A stretch of 64,000 bases of DNA from Thermoplasmatota archaeon (GCA_041601615.1 JBFIHX010000011.1:11375-75374); one strand, 5' to 3'. Counted from the first letter of the stretch, positions 9,373 to 19,134 are shown. Notes: generated by a model not told the origin, from the sequence alone. Numbers and translations: made by a program.

Positions 9373-10722
9373 GTGCTTCGTTGGCATGTCCTCGTCGCGC
9401 TCCTACTGGTCTGTACCCCACTTGGTTTGGCCCGTGAGTCCGATTCAATTATCCAAGGCATGGTGCTGGATCAGTTCCTTGATCTAGACATGCAAAATAT
9501 GGTTTTCGACCTAACTTGTAAGTCGGGATCGGAAGACATAGAGAGCGAACTGACGCTAGATTTGACACTTGATAAACTTATTTTCAACGAAGGATCGCTT
9601 TTTCCCAATGAAATGATGCAAACAGATGGCTCGACTCGGGCCACTTGTGGCCGGGCCATCATGTCGGTAACAGCTCCTGGCTCGCTCGACCACGTGCATG
9701 TGCGATTCTGGGCGGATCGCACCATCACCCAAACCGCAAACATTAGTCCGCATGCATTGCAGCAATTTTCACTGGTTCCATTCGGCGGCAACAGCACGAC
9801 CATCGACTACTTCCCATGGGATGCCGGCACACGTACCTTGCAACGGTTTGCCCAGCTGGGCGCTGAAAACCAAACCCTGTTCCCGGTTGCGCCTGGAACT
9901 ACGGAGTTGGATCTCATTTGGCGCTTTGAGGACACGGGCCAAAGTGTCATCAACAACATCTCGTCGCCCCTGAGTGGCCAAGATTTCGAGGCCAGCATCA
10001 CCGATCCCTGGATCGAATTCTCGCTACTGCCAGAGCCCGTGCATAGAGTGGTCGAGGATCACGAACGAGATGGCAGCCGTCGCTTCGACCGACACATCGC
10101 CATCGTGGACTACAACGACACCATGATGGACCCCTACCGGACCAATGTGCGCGTTATGGCAGACGAGTCTGTCATTTTCAGCCACATCGTAGCCCCCGAC
10201 GGCACCCGCATCACGGACACGGGTGTGTTGCCCCAGGACTCGGAGTACAGCCACAACTTGCCGTATGTGCTTTTGGAGCGCAACAGCCAGGCCGGATTGG
10301 TCCAGATTACGCTTCCAAGCAGCATCGCTCGCGCCCACGGGCCGGGGGAATTCCAGTTCGTATTTGTCAAAACCACGTTCCTGGATGCAGAGCCAAGCCT
10401 CCTCGCCATCAACGGAGCGATTGCTATGATCCCGTTGCTGTTTGCTGTCGTGGCGTTTCGACGCGTGGAACAATTCCGGCGCGAGGCGTTTGGCGCCTAC
10501 AAGCGAAGCGCTCGCAACCTCTTGGTTACCCTGGGCCTCGTGGTGACGTACTACATCGCCGTCATCGCTGGCGCGATCGTCGCGGGTTGGTTCCGGCTCC
10601 TGTCGGTCTTGCCGCTTGGGACGGAGGCTTTGCTTCTCTATCTCCAAGTGGCGCTGGCCATTCTAGCGTTCCTGTGGCTGTGGTTTACGGCGCGTGAAAT
10701 GTACGCCATTACGAAGCCGTAG
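9373..10722 (+). CDS. Membrane protein: signal peptide, large extracellular domain and C-terminal 3-TM module
   Basis: GTG start inferred. C-terminal FRREAFG...PL..E.ALLLYLQ module is shared with 35560..35952. Confidence 0.7.
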   Translation: MLRWHVLVALLLVCTPLGLARESDSIIQGMVLDQFLDLDMQNMVFDLTCKSGSEDIESELTLDLTLDKLIFNEGSLFPNEMMQTDGSTRATCGRAIMSVTAPGSLDHVHVRFWADRTITQTANISPHALQQFSLVPFGGNSTTIDYFPWDAGTRTLQRFAQLGAENQTLFPVAPGTTELDLIWRFEDTGQSVINNISSPLSGQDFEASITDPWIEFSLLPEPVHRVVEDHERDGSRRFDRHIAIVDYNDTMMDPYRTNVRVMADESVIFSHIVAPDGTRITDTGVLPQDSEYSHNLPYVLLERNSQAGLVQITLPSSIARAHGPGEFQFVFVKTTFLDAEPSLLAINGAIAMIPLLFAVVAFRRVEQFRREAFGAYKRSARNLLVTLGLVVTYYIAVIAGAIVAGWFRLLSVLPLGTEALLLYLQVALAILAFLWLWFTAREMYAITKP

Positions 10723-10834
10723 GCCAACCAGCGTTCGCGCTGCGTTTGGATCGCAGCAGTTCCATGCGCGTGGCTAGACCGACCTTAGCTGCGCTCATTA
10801 CGAGCAGATGGCGCTGTTGGCAAGCAGTCCCGTG

Positions 10835-12484
10835 CTATGCGCCGAATTTGCCAGCGAGCCGCGAGCCTTCAGGCCAGCCACCGGATTCGGCTTCGACCTC
10901 GATGCCGGGTCGGATGGCGTCCGTGGGACATGCGTCGAAGCAAGCGCCATCGGCGATGCAAAGGTCGCGGTCCACGCGGGCCATGTCGGTAACGATGGCA
11001 GCAGCAGTGGGACAAGCGGCCTCACAGCCGTTGCATACAATGCAGTCGGCGGCGAGCACCCAGGCCTTCTTTTCCTCGGGAACGTTGGCTTTGACCCAGG
11101 CCTTGACAGCCTCGGCGTCGTCCATGTTGCCAGTGTACTCAGCGCTGGCAGCGACTGGCTCCGGTTCTGCAGCCGGTGCAGCGACGGGGGCGGCCTCGGC
11201 GGGCTTTTCGACTTGCACCGTGGCTCCGTTGGAGGTTTCCTTGGCAGGCGCGGCGGTGGCGGCAGCAGGGGCAATATCCACTTTGGGCGCAGCTGGGGCG
11301 GGAGCGGGTGCAGCCTTGGCCACATCGTCGGCGGTCGCCTTGCCTGCCTTCACTGCGCGCTCGGCGGCTGCTTGGCGGTCTGCGTCGAGGGTGTCCTTGA
11401 CGGGTACGAGCCACTTCTTGCTTGACAGGTCGCGGCTCTTGGCTTCCGCAATCAGCGCTTCCACGTGGCTGCGCCAGTCGCCAACCAAGGCAAGGTCGGC
11501 GTATTGGAAGATTTGCGCGTCCGGGTTGGTGTTGATGGCCAGCACCGTACCGGATTCCTTCATGCCCTCGATGTGCTGGATGGCGCCACTGATGCCGACG
11601 GCGATGTAGAACTTGGGTCGCACGGACAAGCCGGTTTGGCCGACTTGTTGGCCGCGGGGCACCCAGCCCTTATCGCACACGGGGCGCGTGGCGGCGAGTT
11701 TGCCGCCCAAGGCGTCCGCGAGTTCCTGGCACTTGGCGACACTCTCAGGGCCGCCGATGCCGAGGCCCACAGCCACAAGCACATCGGCCTTGGTGATGTC
11801 CACTTTGGACTCATCCACGATGTAGTCGAGAACCTCAGCCGCAAAGGACTGGCCATTCAGGAAGGATACGTCGTATTCCTCCACGGGACCGGAGCGAGCA
11901 GCATCCGATTCCAGGGGAATGAAGATGCCGGGGCGCGCCGTGGCCATTTGGGGCCGGTGGCGGTCGCAGCGGATTGTTGCAAGCATTTTGCCGCCAAATG
12001 CAGGCCGGCGGGCTAGAAGTTCGCCGTTGTGGGCGTCCACGTCCAGTTCCGTGCAGTCAGCAGTCATGCCGGCATCGATCTTGACGGCCACACGGCTGCT
12101 TACATCGCGGCCGGTGTGGGTGGCGCCAATCAGAACGATTTCGGGCTTGCGCTCCTTGACCATTTGCACCAATACGTCGGTGCTGGGGCGGGCCAAGGGC
12201 GTTTTGAGAATGGGATTGCGCGCAACGATGACGTTGTCGGCGCCTTGGGCGATGAGCTGGGCCGGCATGTCGCCGGGTTCGTCGCAAAGAAGGACGGCGG
12301 TCACTTCGCAGCCCAGTTTGGCGGCCATGGGGCGCGCCGCACCCAGCAGCTCGAGGGTGACATCCTGGACCTTGCCCTGGCGCTGCTCGACGATGACCCA
12401 GACGCCCTTGTAGGCATCAAGGTCAGCGGTGATCGCGGGTCGAAGTTCGATGGTGTCGTAGCGGCTCTTGGTTCCAAACGCCAT
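10835..12484 (-). CDS. etfA: Electron transfer flavoprotein alpha subunit (EtfA/FixB) with C-terminal 2x[4Fe-4S] ferredoxin domain
   Basis: GMTADCT, RPAFGG, QVGQTG and GISGAIQH motifs; Ala/Pro linker; CIVCNGCEAACP...CIADGACFDACP. Confidence 0.92.
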   Translation of the reverse strand: MAFGTKSRYDTIELRPAITADLDAYKGVWVIVEQRQGKVQDVTLELLGAARPMAAKLGCEVTAVLLCDEPGDMPAQLIAQGADNVIVARNPILKTPLARPSTDVLVQMVKERKPEIVLIGATHTGRDVSSRVAVKIDAGMTADCTELDVDAHNGELLARRPAFGGKMLATIRCDRHRPQMATARPGIFIPLESDAARSGPVEEYDVSFLNGQSFAAEVLDYIVDESKVDITKADVLVAVGLGIGGPESVAKCQELADALGGKLAATRPVCDKGWVPRGQQVGQTGLSVRPKFYIAVGISGAIQHIEGMKESGTVLAINTNPDAQIFQYADLALVGDWRSHVEALIAEAKSRDLSSKKWLVPVKDTLDADRQAAAERAVKAGKATADDVAKAAPAPAPAAPKVDIAPAAATAAPAKETSNGATVQVEKPAEAAPVAAPAAEPEPVAASAEYTGNMDDAEAVKAWVKANVPEEKKAWVLAADCIVCNGCEAACPTAAAIVTDMARVDRDLCIADGACFDACPTDAIRPGIEVEAESGGWPEGSRLAGKFGA

Positions 12485-12485
12485 G

Positions 12486-13328
12486 CTAGGCACCTCCCAT
12501 GACGACCTTGCGGGCAAACAATTCGCCCACCGCGTCAGTAGCCGAGGCGACGGTCTTGCAGTCGCGCTCGTCGCCGCTGCTGATGTCGACCTTTCCGACG
12601 ATGGTTGGGGAGCCCTTGAGGCCCACCCAGTCGGGGGCACCGATATCGGTCAAGTCCGAGAGGCTCCAAATGACGAGGTCCGATTCGATGCCGCGAAGCT
12701 TGCCGTTGAGCGAAGCCAGGCGAGGGATGTTGATGCCGAGCTCGCACGTAACGCAGGCCGGTAGGGGAAGTTGCAGGACCTCGTGCCCGCCGCCGATGCT
12801 GCGCAGCGCCCTGCAAAGACCGGTTTCGGGGTCGTAGTCGAGGCTGTGGATGTAGGTGGCCTGGTCCGTGTCCAGGTGGCCAGCAACGCCGGGGCCTACT
12901 TGGCCGGTGCTCGCGTCGGTGGTCTCTTCACCGAACAGAATCAAGTCCACGTCTCCGAATTCGCGGCTGATGCGCTTCATGCCCGCAGCCAGCGTCAGGC
13001 TGGTGGGGTAGGTATCCGCGCCAGCAAAGGCACGGTCCGTGATCAGAACGCCACGGTCGGCGCCGCGCGCGACGGTCTCGCGCAGCATGACGTCGAAGAA
13101 CGGCGGTCCCATGGTGACAACCGTCACCTGCGCACCGAAGCGATCCTTCAGGCTTAGGGCAAGCTCGAAGGCGTTCTCGTCGGGCGGGTTGATGATGTTC
13201 TTGACCTTGCTGCGATCCAGGGTCTTCTTGACCGGGTCGATGGTCAGATCCGTGGCGTCCGGCGTCATCTTCATGCACACGGCGACGTGGATGGGACGAC
13301 CCAGGTTCTTGTCGTTGACAACCGGCAT
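12486..13328 (-). CDS. etfB: Electron transfer flavoprotein beta subunit (EtfB/FixA)
   Basis: INPPDENAFELAL, TMGPP, DRAFAGADT and TGQVGP motifs; GGAGG RBS upstream. Confidence 0.93.
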   Translation of the reverse strand: MPVVNDKNLGRPIHVAVCMKMTPDATDLTIDPVKKTLDRSKVKNIINPPDENAFELALSLKDRFGAQVTVVTMGPPFFDVMLRETVARGADRGVLITDRAFAGADTYPTSLTLAAGMKRISREFGDVDLILFGEETTDASTGQVGPGVAGHLDTDQATYIHSLDYDPETGLCRALRSIGGGHEVLQLPLPACVTCELGINIPRLASLNGKLRGIESDLVIWSLSDLTDIGAPDWVGLKGSPTIVGKVDISSGDERDCKTVASATDAVGELFARKVVMGGA

Positions 13329-13404
13329 AAGGAAACCTCCACCCAAGGGCGGCGTGGCGCGCGACTTGGAGGGGCCATTTAACTGGTGTGGGGTGGGCGA
13401 AGGG

Positions 13405-13818
13405 TCAGGCGTGGTCGATGACTTCGACAAGTCCCTGGAATCCTGCATCGAATGTGGCAACTTTGGCGCCGAGGCGGCGGGCGTGTACCAACACCGTCGC
13501 GTCCGTCATGGACAAGCCTTGGTCCCAGTATTGAATGTGCAATTCGGCAGCTTCTGCAAGGATTTCTCCCGAGTCTTGCAAGCGAGTCACGCCTCCCGTG
13601 CCCGTTTGCAGCAAGTCCAGGCATTGCCGGGTGATGTCTTTGCGTGCGACCCGGGCCCGCAACAGGTTGAGAACCTCCACGAACACGGCATCCGGGACGA
13701 CGATGCGTCCATATTTTCCGTACAGTGCCTCCCGCATCAGAGCAGCCGCGCGGGTGTGCAGTGAATCGGTGCGAGCAACGTATGCCGCAAGCGGCCCCGT
13801 ATCCATGACGAGCGTCAT
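13405..13818 (-). CDS. vapC: PIN-domain toxin (VapC family)
   Basis: MDTG, VFVEV, LSMTDAT and TFDAGF acidic PIN motifs. Confidence 0.88.
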   Translation of the reverse strand: MTLVMDTGPLAAYVARTDSLHTRAAALMREALYGKYGRIVVPDAVFVEVLNLLRARVARKDITRQCLDLLQTGTGGVTRLQDSGEILAEAAELHIQYWDQGLSMTDATVLVHARRLGAKVATFDAGFQGLVEVIDHA

Positions 13819-14084
13819 TAGACGGGCCCGTACAACGTGTCGTCGATGTTGGAAGACAAATCGCCGTAGTCGCCCTGTACTTTTTCCCACGCATCGATTG
13901 CGGCTTGCCCTGGCGGCGTCCATAGGCTGTCGAGCAAATGGCCCACATCCTGTTCACCGTGGCGAATGAGGAGCCCCAAGAGTGCCTGTTGTGGGAGGTC
14001 TTCGCCCGTGAGTTCCTTCCATTGGAGTTGGAGGTGCCGCAGGCGGTCGCGGTCACCCTCCTCGATGCGGACGGTCGTGCTCAT
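13818..14084 (-). CDS. Putative antitoxin (VapB-like)
   Basis: 88 aa, N-terminal TTVRIEEGDRDRL and C-terminal DLSSNIDDTLYG; stop overlaps the vapC start. Confidence 0.75.
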   Translation of the reverse strand: MSTTVRIEEGDRDRLRHLQLQWKELTGEDLPQQALLGLLIRHGEQDVGHLLDSLWTPPGQAAIDAWEKVQGDYGDLSSNIDDTLYGPV

Positions 14085-14085
14085 G

Positions 14086-14101
14086 GGTCTACATGTAGAC
14101 C
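14086..14101. promoter_or_regulatory. Perfect 16-bp palindrome GGTCTACATGTAGACC, probable vapBC operator
   Basis: Lies immediately upstream of the antitoxin ATG and downstream of a TATA-like GTTCAAG. Confidence 0.65.
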
Positions 14102-14126
14102 GGATGGACTTGAACCTTTGCGCCGA

Positions 14127-14417
14127 CTAGCCGTATCGGTAGTTGACCCCAAAGTTCCCACGCGGATTGTCCCACTTCACGGAACCCGGCGTACACACGA
14201 TGTCACAGGTCCCACACTCGACGCAGTCTTCGTAGGTGAACTTCATGCGGCCTTCGATGTTCTCGAAGCACTGCGCGGGACACGCATTCATGCAGTTCTC
14301 GTGCGGGCAGGTGGTGCAGATCTCCGGGTCGATGGAGATGTGCGCGTGCTCTTCGGCGTCGGTGATGAATTTGCTGGACCCGAGGCGGGCCTTGATGTCG
14401 ACCTTGCTTGCGATCAT
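14127..14417 (-). CDS. fixX: Ferredoxin-like protein FixX
   Basis: CTTCPHENCMNACPA, CVECGTCDIVC and WDNPRGNFGVNYRYG. Confidence 0.92.
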   Translation of the reverse strand: MIASKVDIKARLGSSKFITDAEEHAHISIDPEICTTCPHENCMNACPAQCFENIEGRMKFTYEDCVECGTCDIVCTPGSVKWDNPRGNFGVNYRYG

Positions 14418-15724
14418 AGGTTCGCCCCCGCGTTGAGTGCGTCGGCCATGAGTTCGCGCTTGGTGACCCCGCTCGTGGCCATGGCGTCCATGAGGTGGTT
14501 CTTCATCTTCTTCTTCGGACCGTCCGAGGTGAGGATGTTGCGGAACATGGCGCTCATGAAGTCTGGGTACTTCGAGAAGAGGCGCGGGTTCCAGAGGAAT
14601 TTGCCGACGTTCTTGAAGCGCTTGAAGTCGCCCATGAGTCCGGATTTCTCCAGGAGGCGCTCGTAATGGTGGAGGGTGACGCGGCTGAAGTCGCCCTTGC
14701 CGAGTGCGTGTTCGACGGCGTCAGCGGCGTGGATTCCACTGCGTACGGCGTAGTTCATGCCTTGGATGACGATGCCGTTGCTAAAGCAGAAGCCGGCTGC
14801 GTCGCCGACCACGATGACGCCGTCGCTGTAGAGTTCCGAGAACGCTTGGTAGCCGCCTTCGGGCACGAGGTGCGCGCCGTACTCGACGAGTTCCGCGTCC
14901 TTGGTGAGCTTCTGGATGTAGGGGTGGAGGCGGAATTCCTCCATGATGTCGTGGGTGCTGAGCCGGTTGCCCTTTTCTTGGGGCAGGCTCGGTAGGTTGA
15001 CCACGACGCCGAGGCTGATGGTGTCCTTGTTGGTGTACAGGAAGCCACCGGCCATGACGCCGTCTTTGCGGCCGAGTACGAATTCGCCGGCCATGCCGCC
15101 GTCGTCGCCGACGAGGAAGCGGTCTTCGAGGACATCCTTGGGGAGCTTCAGCACTTCCTTGACTCCCAGGGCGTAGTGGTGTGCATCCAGTTTCTTTTGG
15201 CCGTGGCGTAGGTCGCCCGAGAGACTGAGGCGGCTGTTTGCGCCGTCGGCGATGATGACCACGTCCGCCGTGGTGACTTCGCCGTTGGTGACGACGCCGC
15301 GCACCTTGCCGTTTTCCTTGTAGAGGTCTTCCACGAGGACGCCCGTGACGACGGTGACGCCGGCCTCGACGCACTTTTTCAGGAGGTATGCGTCGGTCTT
15401 GGCGCGAAGCACCGCGTAGCCGACGGTGTCGGTCTTCATGCTCTCGTCGTGGTAGTCGATGACGAAGGCAGATTCGGCGCCTAGGAATCCAACCTTTTTG
15501 TTGGAAACGGGCCGCTCGACGGGCATTTCGGTCTTCCAGTCGGGCAGGAGCTCGGCCCAGTCGTCACCCCAGAGGATGCCACCGGACAGGTTCTTGGCGC
15601 CGCCTTCGTCGGCGCGCTCGACGAGCAATACGTCGATGCCTTTCTGGCGCAAGCGCAGGGCTGCCGCACAGCCGGCCATACCGGCGCCTACGACGATGCA
15701 CGGGAAACGGGACTGGGTCACCAC
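14414..15724 (-). CDS. fixC: FAD-dependent ETF:quinone oxidoreductase FixC
   Basis: VVGAGMAG, GAKNLSGG, GGFLYTN, AHLVPEGG, VGDAAGF and GMNYAVRSG; overlaps fixX. Confidence 0.92.
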   Translation of the reverse strand: MVTQSRFPCIVVGAGMAGCAAALRLRQKGIDVLLVERADEGGAKNLSGGILWGDDWAELLPDWKTEMPVERPVSNKKVGFLGAESAFVIDYHDESMKTDTVGYAVLRAKTDAYLLKKCVEAGVTVVTGVLVEDLYKENGKVRGVVTNGEVTTADVVIIADGANSRLSLSGDLRHGQKKLDAHHYALGVKEVLKLPKDVLEDRFLVGDDGGMAGEFVLGRKDGVMAGGFLYTNKDTISLGVVVNLPSLPQEKGNRLSTHDIMEEFRLHPYIQKLTKDAELVEYGAHLVPEGGYQAFSELYSDGVIVVGDAAGFCFSNGIVIQGMNYAVRSGIHAADAVEHALGKGDFSRVTLHHYERLLEKSGLMGDFKRFKNVGKFLWNPRLFSKYPDFMSAMFRNILTSDGPKKKMKNHLMDAMATSGVTKRELMADALNAGANL

Positions 15725-15843
15725 AGAGCCTCGGGCGCCGCGAGAAGGGGGTCTGATATAGGGGTGACGGGAGGCTGCGACGGCGGCCGGCGCATCAACA
15801 AGGAGGGAGTAAGAAGAAAGGGGGGAGGATTTGTTTGTGGTGG

Positions 15844-16590
15844 CTATTCTTCTTCGCCGTGTTCGTGACCTTCGTGGTCATGCTCGTGGTCGTGTCCCGC
15901 GTGGGCTCCGGGCACTTCGCCGGGGTAGTTTTCGATGATGCGGATGGTTTTCTCGAATCCGGCCACGGCGCGAAGGTCGGTGAGGACGCGGAATTTGTGC
16001 ATGGGCCATTGCTGGTCGAATTTGGCCTGGTCGGGGATTTCGAGGTCGACGGTTTCGCCGAGTTTGAGTTTGTAGCCGCCGAAGGGGAAGAGTCCTTCGA
16101 GGACGGCGTTGATTTTCTCTTCGGTGTCGGTGATGACGGAGTCGAGCGTGATTTCGTAGCGCAGGGCCTTGCCGGCCAAATCGTGGTTCATGTCGACGCG
16201 TACACGGCCGCCGGCGACACGGGTGATGATGCCGCGCTGGCCGCCCATGTTCAGTTCGAGGCCGACTTGGGGCTGCATTTTCTGCTTGCGAAACTGGGCC
16301 ATGGGGACGTCTTTGACCTTGGCTGCGTCGCGCTCGCCGTAGGCTTCGGCGGCGGGGATGGTGACGGTCTGCGTGCCTTTTTTGTCGCCGCTTTCCAGGA
16401 GGAATTTCTCCAGGCCGGAGATGACTTGTTTGCGGCCAAGGGTGATGGTGAGGGGGCGGTAGTTCTTCTCCTCGTGGAAGATTTTGTTCGCCTTGGCCGT
16501 CTCCTCGATGCTGGTGTCGAGCGGTTTCTTTTCGCCGTCGATGAAGAGGGTGTAGTCGAAACGCAGTACGTCTCCTTCCTGGAGGCTCAT
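15844..16590 (-). CDS. FKBP-type peptidyl-prolyl isomerase (long SlyD-like, His-rich tail)
   Basis: DTSIEETAK, VISGLE, AEAYGERD and VRVDMNHDLAGK; C-terminal HDHEHDHEGHEH. Confidence 0.92.
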   Translation of the reverse strand: MSLQEGDVLRFDYTLFIDGEKKPLDTSIEETAKANKIFHEEKNYRPLTITLGRKQVISGLEKFLLESGDKKGTQTVTIPAAEAYGERDAAKVKDVPMAQFRKQKMQPQVGLELNMGGQRGIITRVAGGRVRVDMNHDLAGKALRYEITLDSVITDTEEKINAVLEGLFPFGGYKLKLGETVDLEIPDQAKFDQQWPMHKFRVLTDLRAVAGFEKTIRIIENYPGEVPGAHAGHDHEHDHEGHEHGEEE

Positions 16591-16900
16591 GGGCGCGCCG
16601 AGTCGGCGGGACGGAAAAGGATTGCTTCGAGGGCGCAGCGTGGGTCCGTCAGCGGCGGAATCGGTCTTCGAAGGCGTGGCGCCAGTACCGGATGGTGGCC
16701 GAGACTTTCTGGGCGGGCTTGAGGTGGGGAAGGACGTCGTATTCGAAGGAACCCTCGGCGCGTCCGGGCCCCTTGGTGAAGGGAATCGTGGATTCACCTA
16801 CTTTGGGGCCGTGTGTTTCATCAAAGACGTCCACAAAGGGCCTTCGACTCCGCTGCTTTTACCATTTCTCGTCAATTCGGGCCGATTGGGCCAGGAATCA

Positions 16901-17305
16901 TTAGGCGTCGCAGCCGCCGGCTCCGTTCACGGTGTCCCAGATGCAGCTGCCGCCTTCGCTGCTCCAAATGCTGGTGCGTTCGGACTTTACTCGGTATCGA
17001 ACGAAGTTGTCCTTCTGGACGAGGGCGCATTGGTCGGCGGGAACATCAACGAGGGTGTGTTCGATCCCGAACAATTTGGTCTTGACCGTGATTGTGTTTC
17101 CGGCCAGTGGTTCGGCAAAGAATCCGCCGCCGCCGGGAAGTCCAGCGCATTGCTTGTCGATGACCGTTGCGTCGATGCCAAAATCGGAGGCGTATAGGAT
17201 GCCGCCGGTGGCGCCAAGGGCACCTACGAGGCCGACGACGCCGACGACAATCCATGCGATGAGGCCGAGGGCTTGTTCGTCGCCAAGGAGGGAGTTCCGG
17301 TTCAC
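16901..17305 (-). CDS. Small membrane-anchored secreted protein (possible class III signal/pilin-like)
   Basis: MNRNSLLGDEQA followed by a hydrophobic helix; 4 Cys. GTG start inferred. Confidence 0.6.
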   Translation of the reverse strand: MNRNSLLGDEQALGLIAWIVVGVVGLVGALGATGGILYASDFGIDATVIDKQCAGLPGGGGFFAEPLAGNTITVKTKLFGIEHTLVDVPADQCALVQKDNFVRYRVKSERTSIWSSEGGSCIWDTVNGAGGCDA

Positions 17306-17352
17306 GGGTGGCCGATTCCTGGAGGGGGCCTTGAAGGTTGTCGCGGGTCGAT

Positions 17353-19134
17353 TCACTCGCTGGCGTAGTAGAATTCCCCGGCTGCTCGCTGTTCCCGGTC
17401 GAGGCGGGAGCCGGGCTTGTTGATGCGGGGGCGGTGGGTTTCGTTGTCGCGGCGGAAGGTTACGTCGACGCCGTCGAGGAACTTGTTCATGCCGTCGCGC
17501 AGGTCGAATGGGCCTTGGGCGATGCCGTGGGTGCCGGGGTTTCCGCCGAACACCATCATCGAATCGGATACGAGGTCCAAAAAGTAGACGTCGTGGTCGA
17601 CGATGAAGGCGCTGCGTCCTTTCTTTTCCATGACGCGGCGAATGGTTTTGGCGGCCTGGATGCGCTGGTTGGAGTCGAGGTAGGCGCTGGGTTCGTCGAC
17701 GAGGTAGAAGTCGGCGTCGCGGTGCAGGCACAGGGCAATGGCGACGCGTTGCAGTTCGCCGCCGGAGAGCCGCTTGACTTGTTTTTCGAGGAGCGTGTCC
17801 AGTTGCAGGGGTCGGGCGATTTCGGAGCGCTCGAAGCCGCTCATGAGGAGCTCGGGGGCTTCGGTCAGGAGCATGTCTTTGACGGTGCCGTCGAAGGTGG
17901 CGGTGATGTATTGGGGCTTGTAGCTGACGCGGGCTTCGGAGTCGATGCTTCCTTCGTCGGGTTTCAGGACGCCTGCGAGCATTTTGGTGAAGGTGGTTTT
18001 GCCAGTTCCGTTGCTGCCGACGACGCCGACGACTTCCCCGACGTGGATGGTGCCGGGGCCGGATTCGATGGTGAAGTTGCCTAGGGTCTTCTTGAGGGCG
18101 GGGTAGCGCAGTAGTTCGTTGAGGTCTGCGTGGTGCTTCGGGGGCTTGGTTTCGAATTTGATGGCCTCGTCGCGAACACGGATGTTTTCGTCGGGCAGGT
18201 AGCCTTCGAGGTAGGTGTTGACGGCGTTGCGGACCGCCTTGGCGGGGGTCATGACGCCGTAGGCGCCTTCGTCGCCGTAGCACAGGTGCAGTTGGTCGGA
18301 GAGGAAGTCGAGAATGGCGAGGTCGTGTTCGATGACCAGGACGCGCTTTTTCTCGGCGAGTTTCTGGATGATTTTGGCGATGCGAAGCCGTTCGTGGATG
18401 TCGAGGTAGCTGCTTGGTTCGTCGAAGAAGTAGACGTCGGCTTCCTTCAGGAGGGTCGCGCTGATGGCGATGCGTTGCAGTTCGCCGCCGCTGACTTGGT
18501 CGAGCTTGCGGGTCATGACGTGGTCGATGTTCATCTGGGGGATGACTTCGTCCCAGCGTCCGTCGCGGTCCACGCCGCGCAGGAGGTCCTTGACTTCGCC
18601 GTTGAATGCCTTGGGAATTTGATCGACGTACTGGGGTTTGCGGGCGGTGATGATTCCGTCGTTGACCACTTGCTTCAGGTAGTCGCCTAGCTCCGTGCCT
18701 CGGTACTTGGCCAACACGGGGTCCCAGGAGGGTTCGCTTTCCCAGTCGCCGAGGTTCGGTATTTCCTCGCCGCTGAGGATTTTCATGGCAGTGGATTTTC
18801 CGATGCCGTTGGGGCCGAGGATGCCGACGGGGGCGCCCAGTTTTGGAACGGGGAGTCGAAACAAGCGGAAGCCGTTCTTGCCGTATTGGTGGACCATGTC
18901 GTCCTTGAGGGCCTCGGGCAGGCCGATGATCTTGATGGCGTCGAAGGGGCATTTGTTGACGCAGATGCCGCAGCCGATGCACAGATCTTCACTGATGATG
19001 GGCTTGCCGTGGCCGCCCATGTAGATGGTTTCGGTGACGCCGCTGCGCACGGGCGGGCAGAAGCTGATGCACTCGGAGTTGCATTTGCGGGGTTGGCAAC
19101 GGTCCTCGAGAAGGACCGCGACGCGCAGGGTCAC
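17353..19134 (-). CDS. Ribosome recycling ATPase ABCE1 (RLI1)
   Basis: N-terminal Fe-S domain (CQPRKCNSECISFCP, CIGCGICVNKCP); two ABC NBDs with GPNGIGKS/GSNGTGKT and SGGELQR; RPRINKPGS. Confidence 0.97.
   Translation of the reverse strand: MTLRVAVLLEDRCQPRKCNSECISFCPPVRSGVTETIYMGGHGKPIISEDLCIGCGICVNKCPFDAIKIIGLPEALKDDMVHQYGKNGFRLFRLPVPKLGAPVGILGPNGIGKSTAMKILSGEEIPNLGDWESEPSWDPVLAKYRGTELGDYLKQVVNDGIITARKPQYVDQIPKAFNGEVKDLLRGVDRDGRWDEVIPQMNIDHVMTRKLDQVSGGELQRIAISATLLKEADVYFFDEPSSYLDIHERLRIAKIIQKLAEKKRVLVIEHDLAILDFLSDQLHLCYGDEGAYGVMTPAKAVRNAVNTYLEGYLPDENIRVRDEAIKFETKPPKHHADLNELLRYPALKKTLGNFTIESGPGTIHVGEVVGVVGSNGTGKTTFTKMLAGVLKPDEGSIDSEARVSYKPQYITATFDGTVKDMLLTEAPELLMSGFERSEIARPLQLDTLLEKQVKRLSGGELQRVAIALCLHRDADFYLVDEPSAYLDSNQRIQAAKTIRRVMEKKGRSAFIVDHDVYFLDLVSDSMMVFGGNPGTHGIAQGPFDLRDGMNKFLDGVDVTFRRDNETHRPRINKPGSRLDREQRAAGEFYYASE

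Noticed and set aside
13355-13369. 15-bp match CCAAGTCGCGCGCCA shared by the etfB upstream region and the tRNA upstream region (60359-60373)
   Set aside because: A match of this length is expected by chance in 64 kb of GC-rich DNA; only two copies.
16649-16834. 61-aa ORF between the PPIase and the membrane protein
   Set aside because: No recognisable motif or start signal; could be a real small gene but I cannot support it.
17306-18982. Arg/Pro-rich 693-aa ORF 16901..18982 and similar long shadow ORFs
   Set aside because: Alternative-frame artefacts of high GC over real genes (ABCE1 here); only the last 134 codons look like a real protein.
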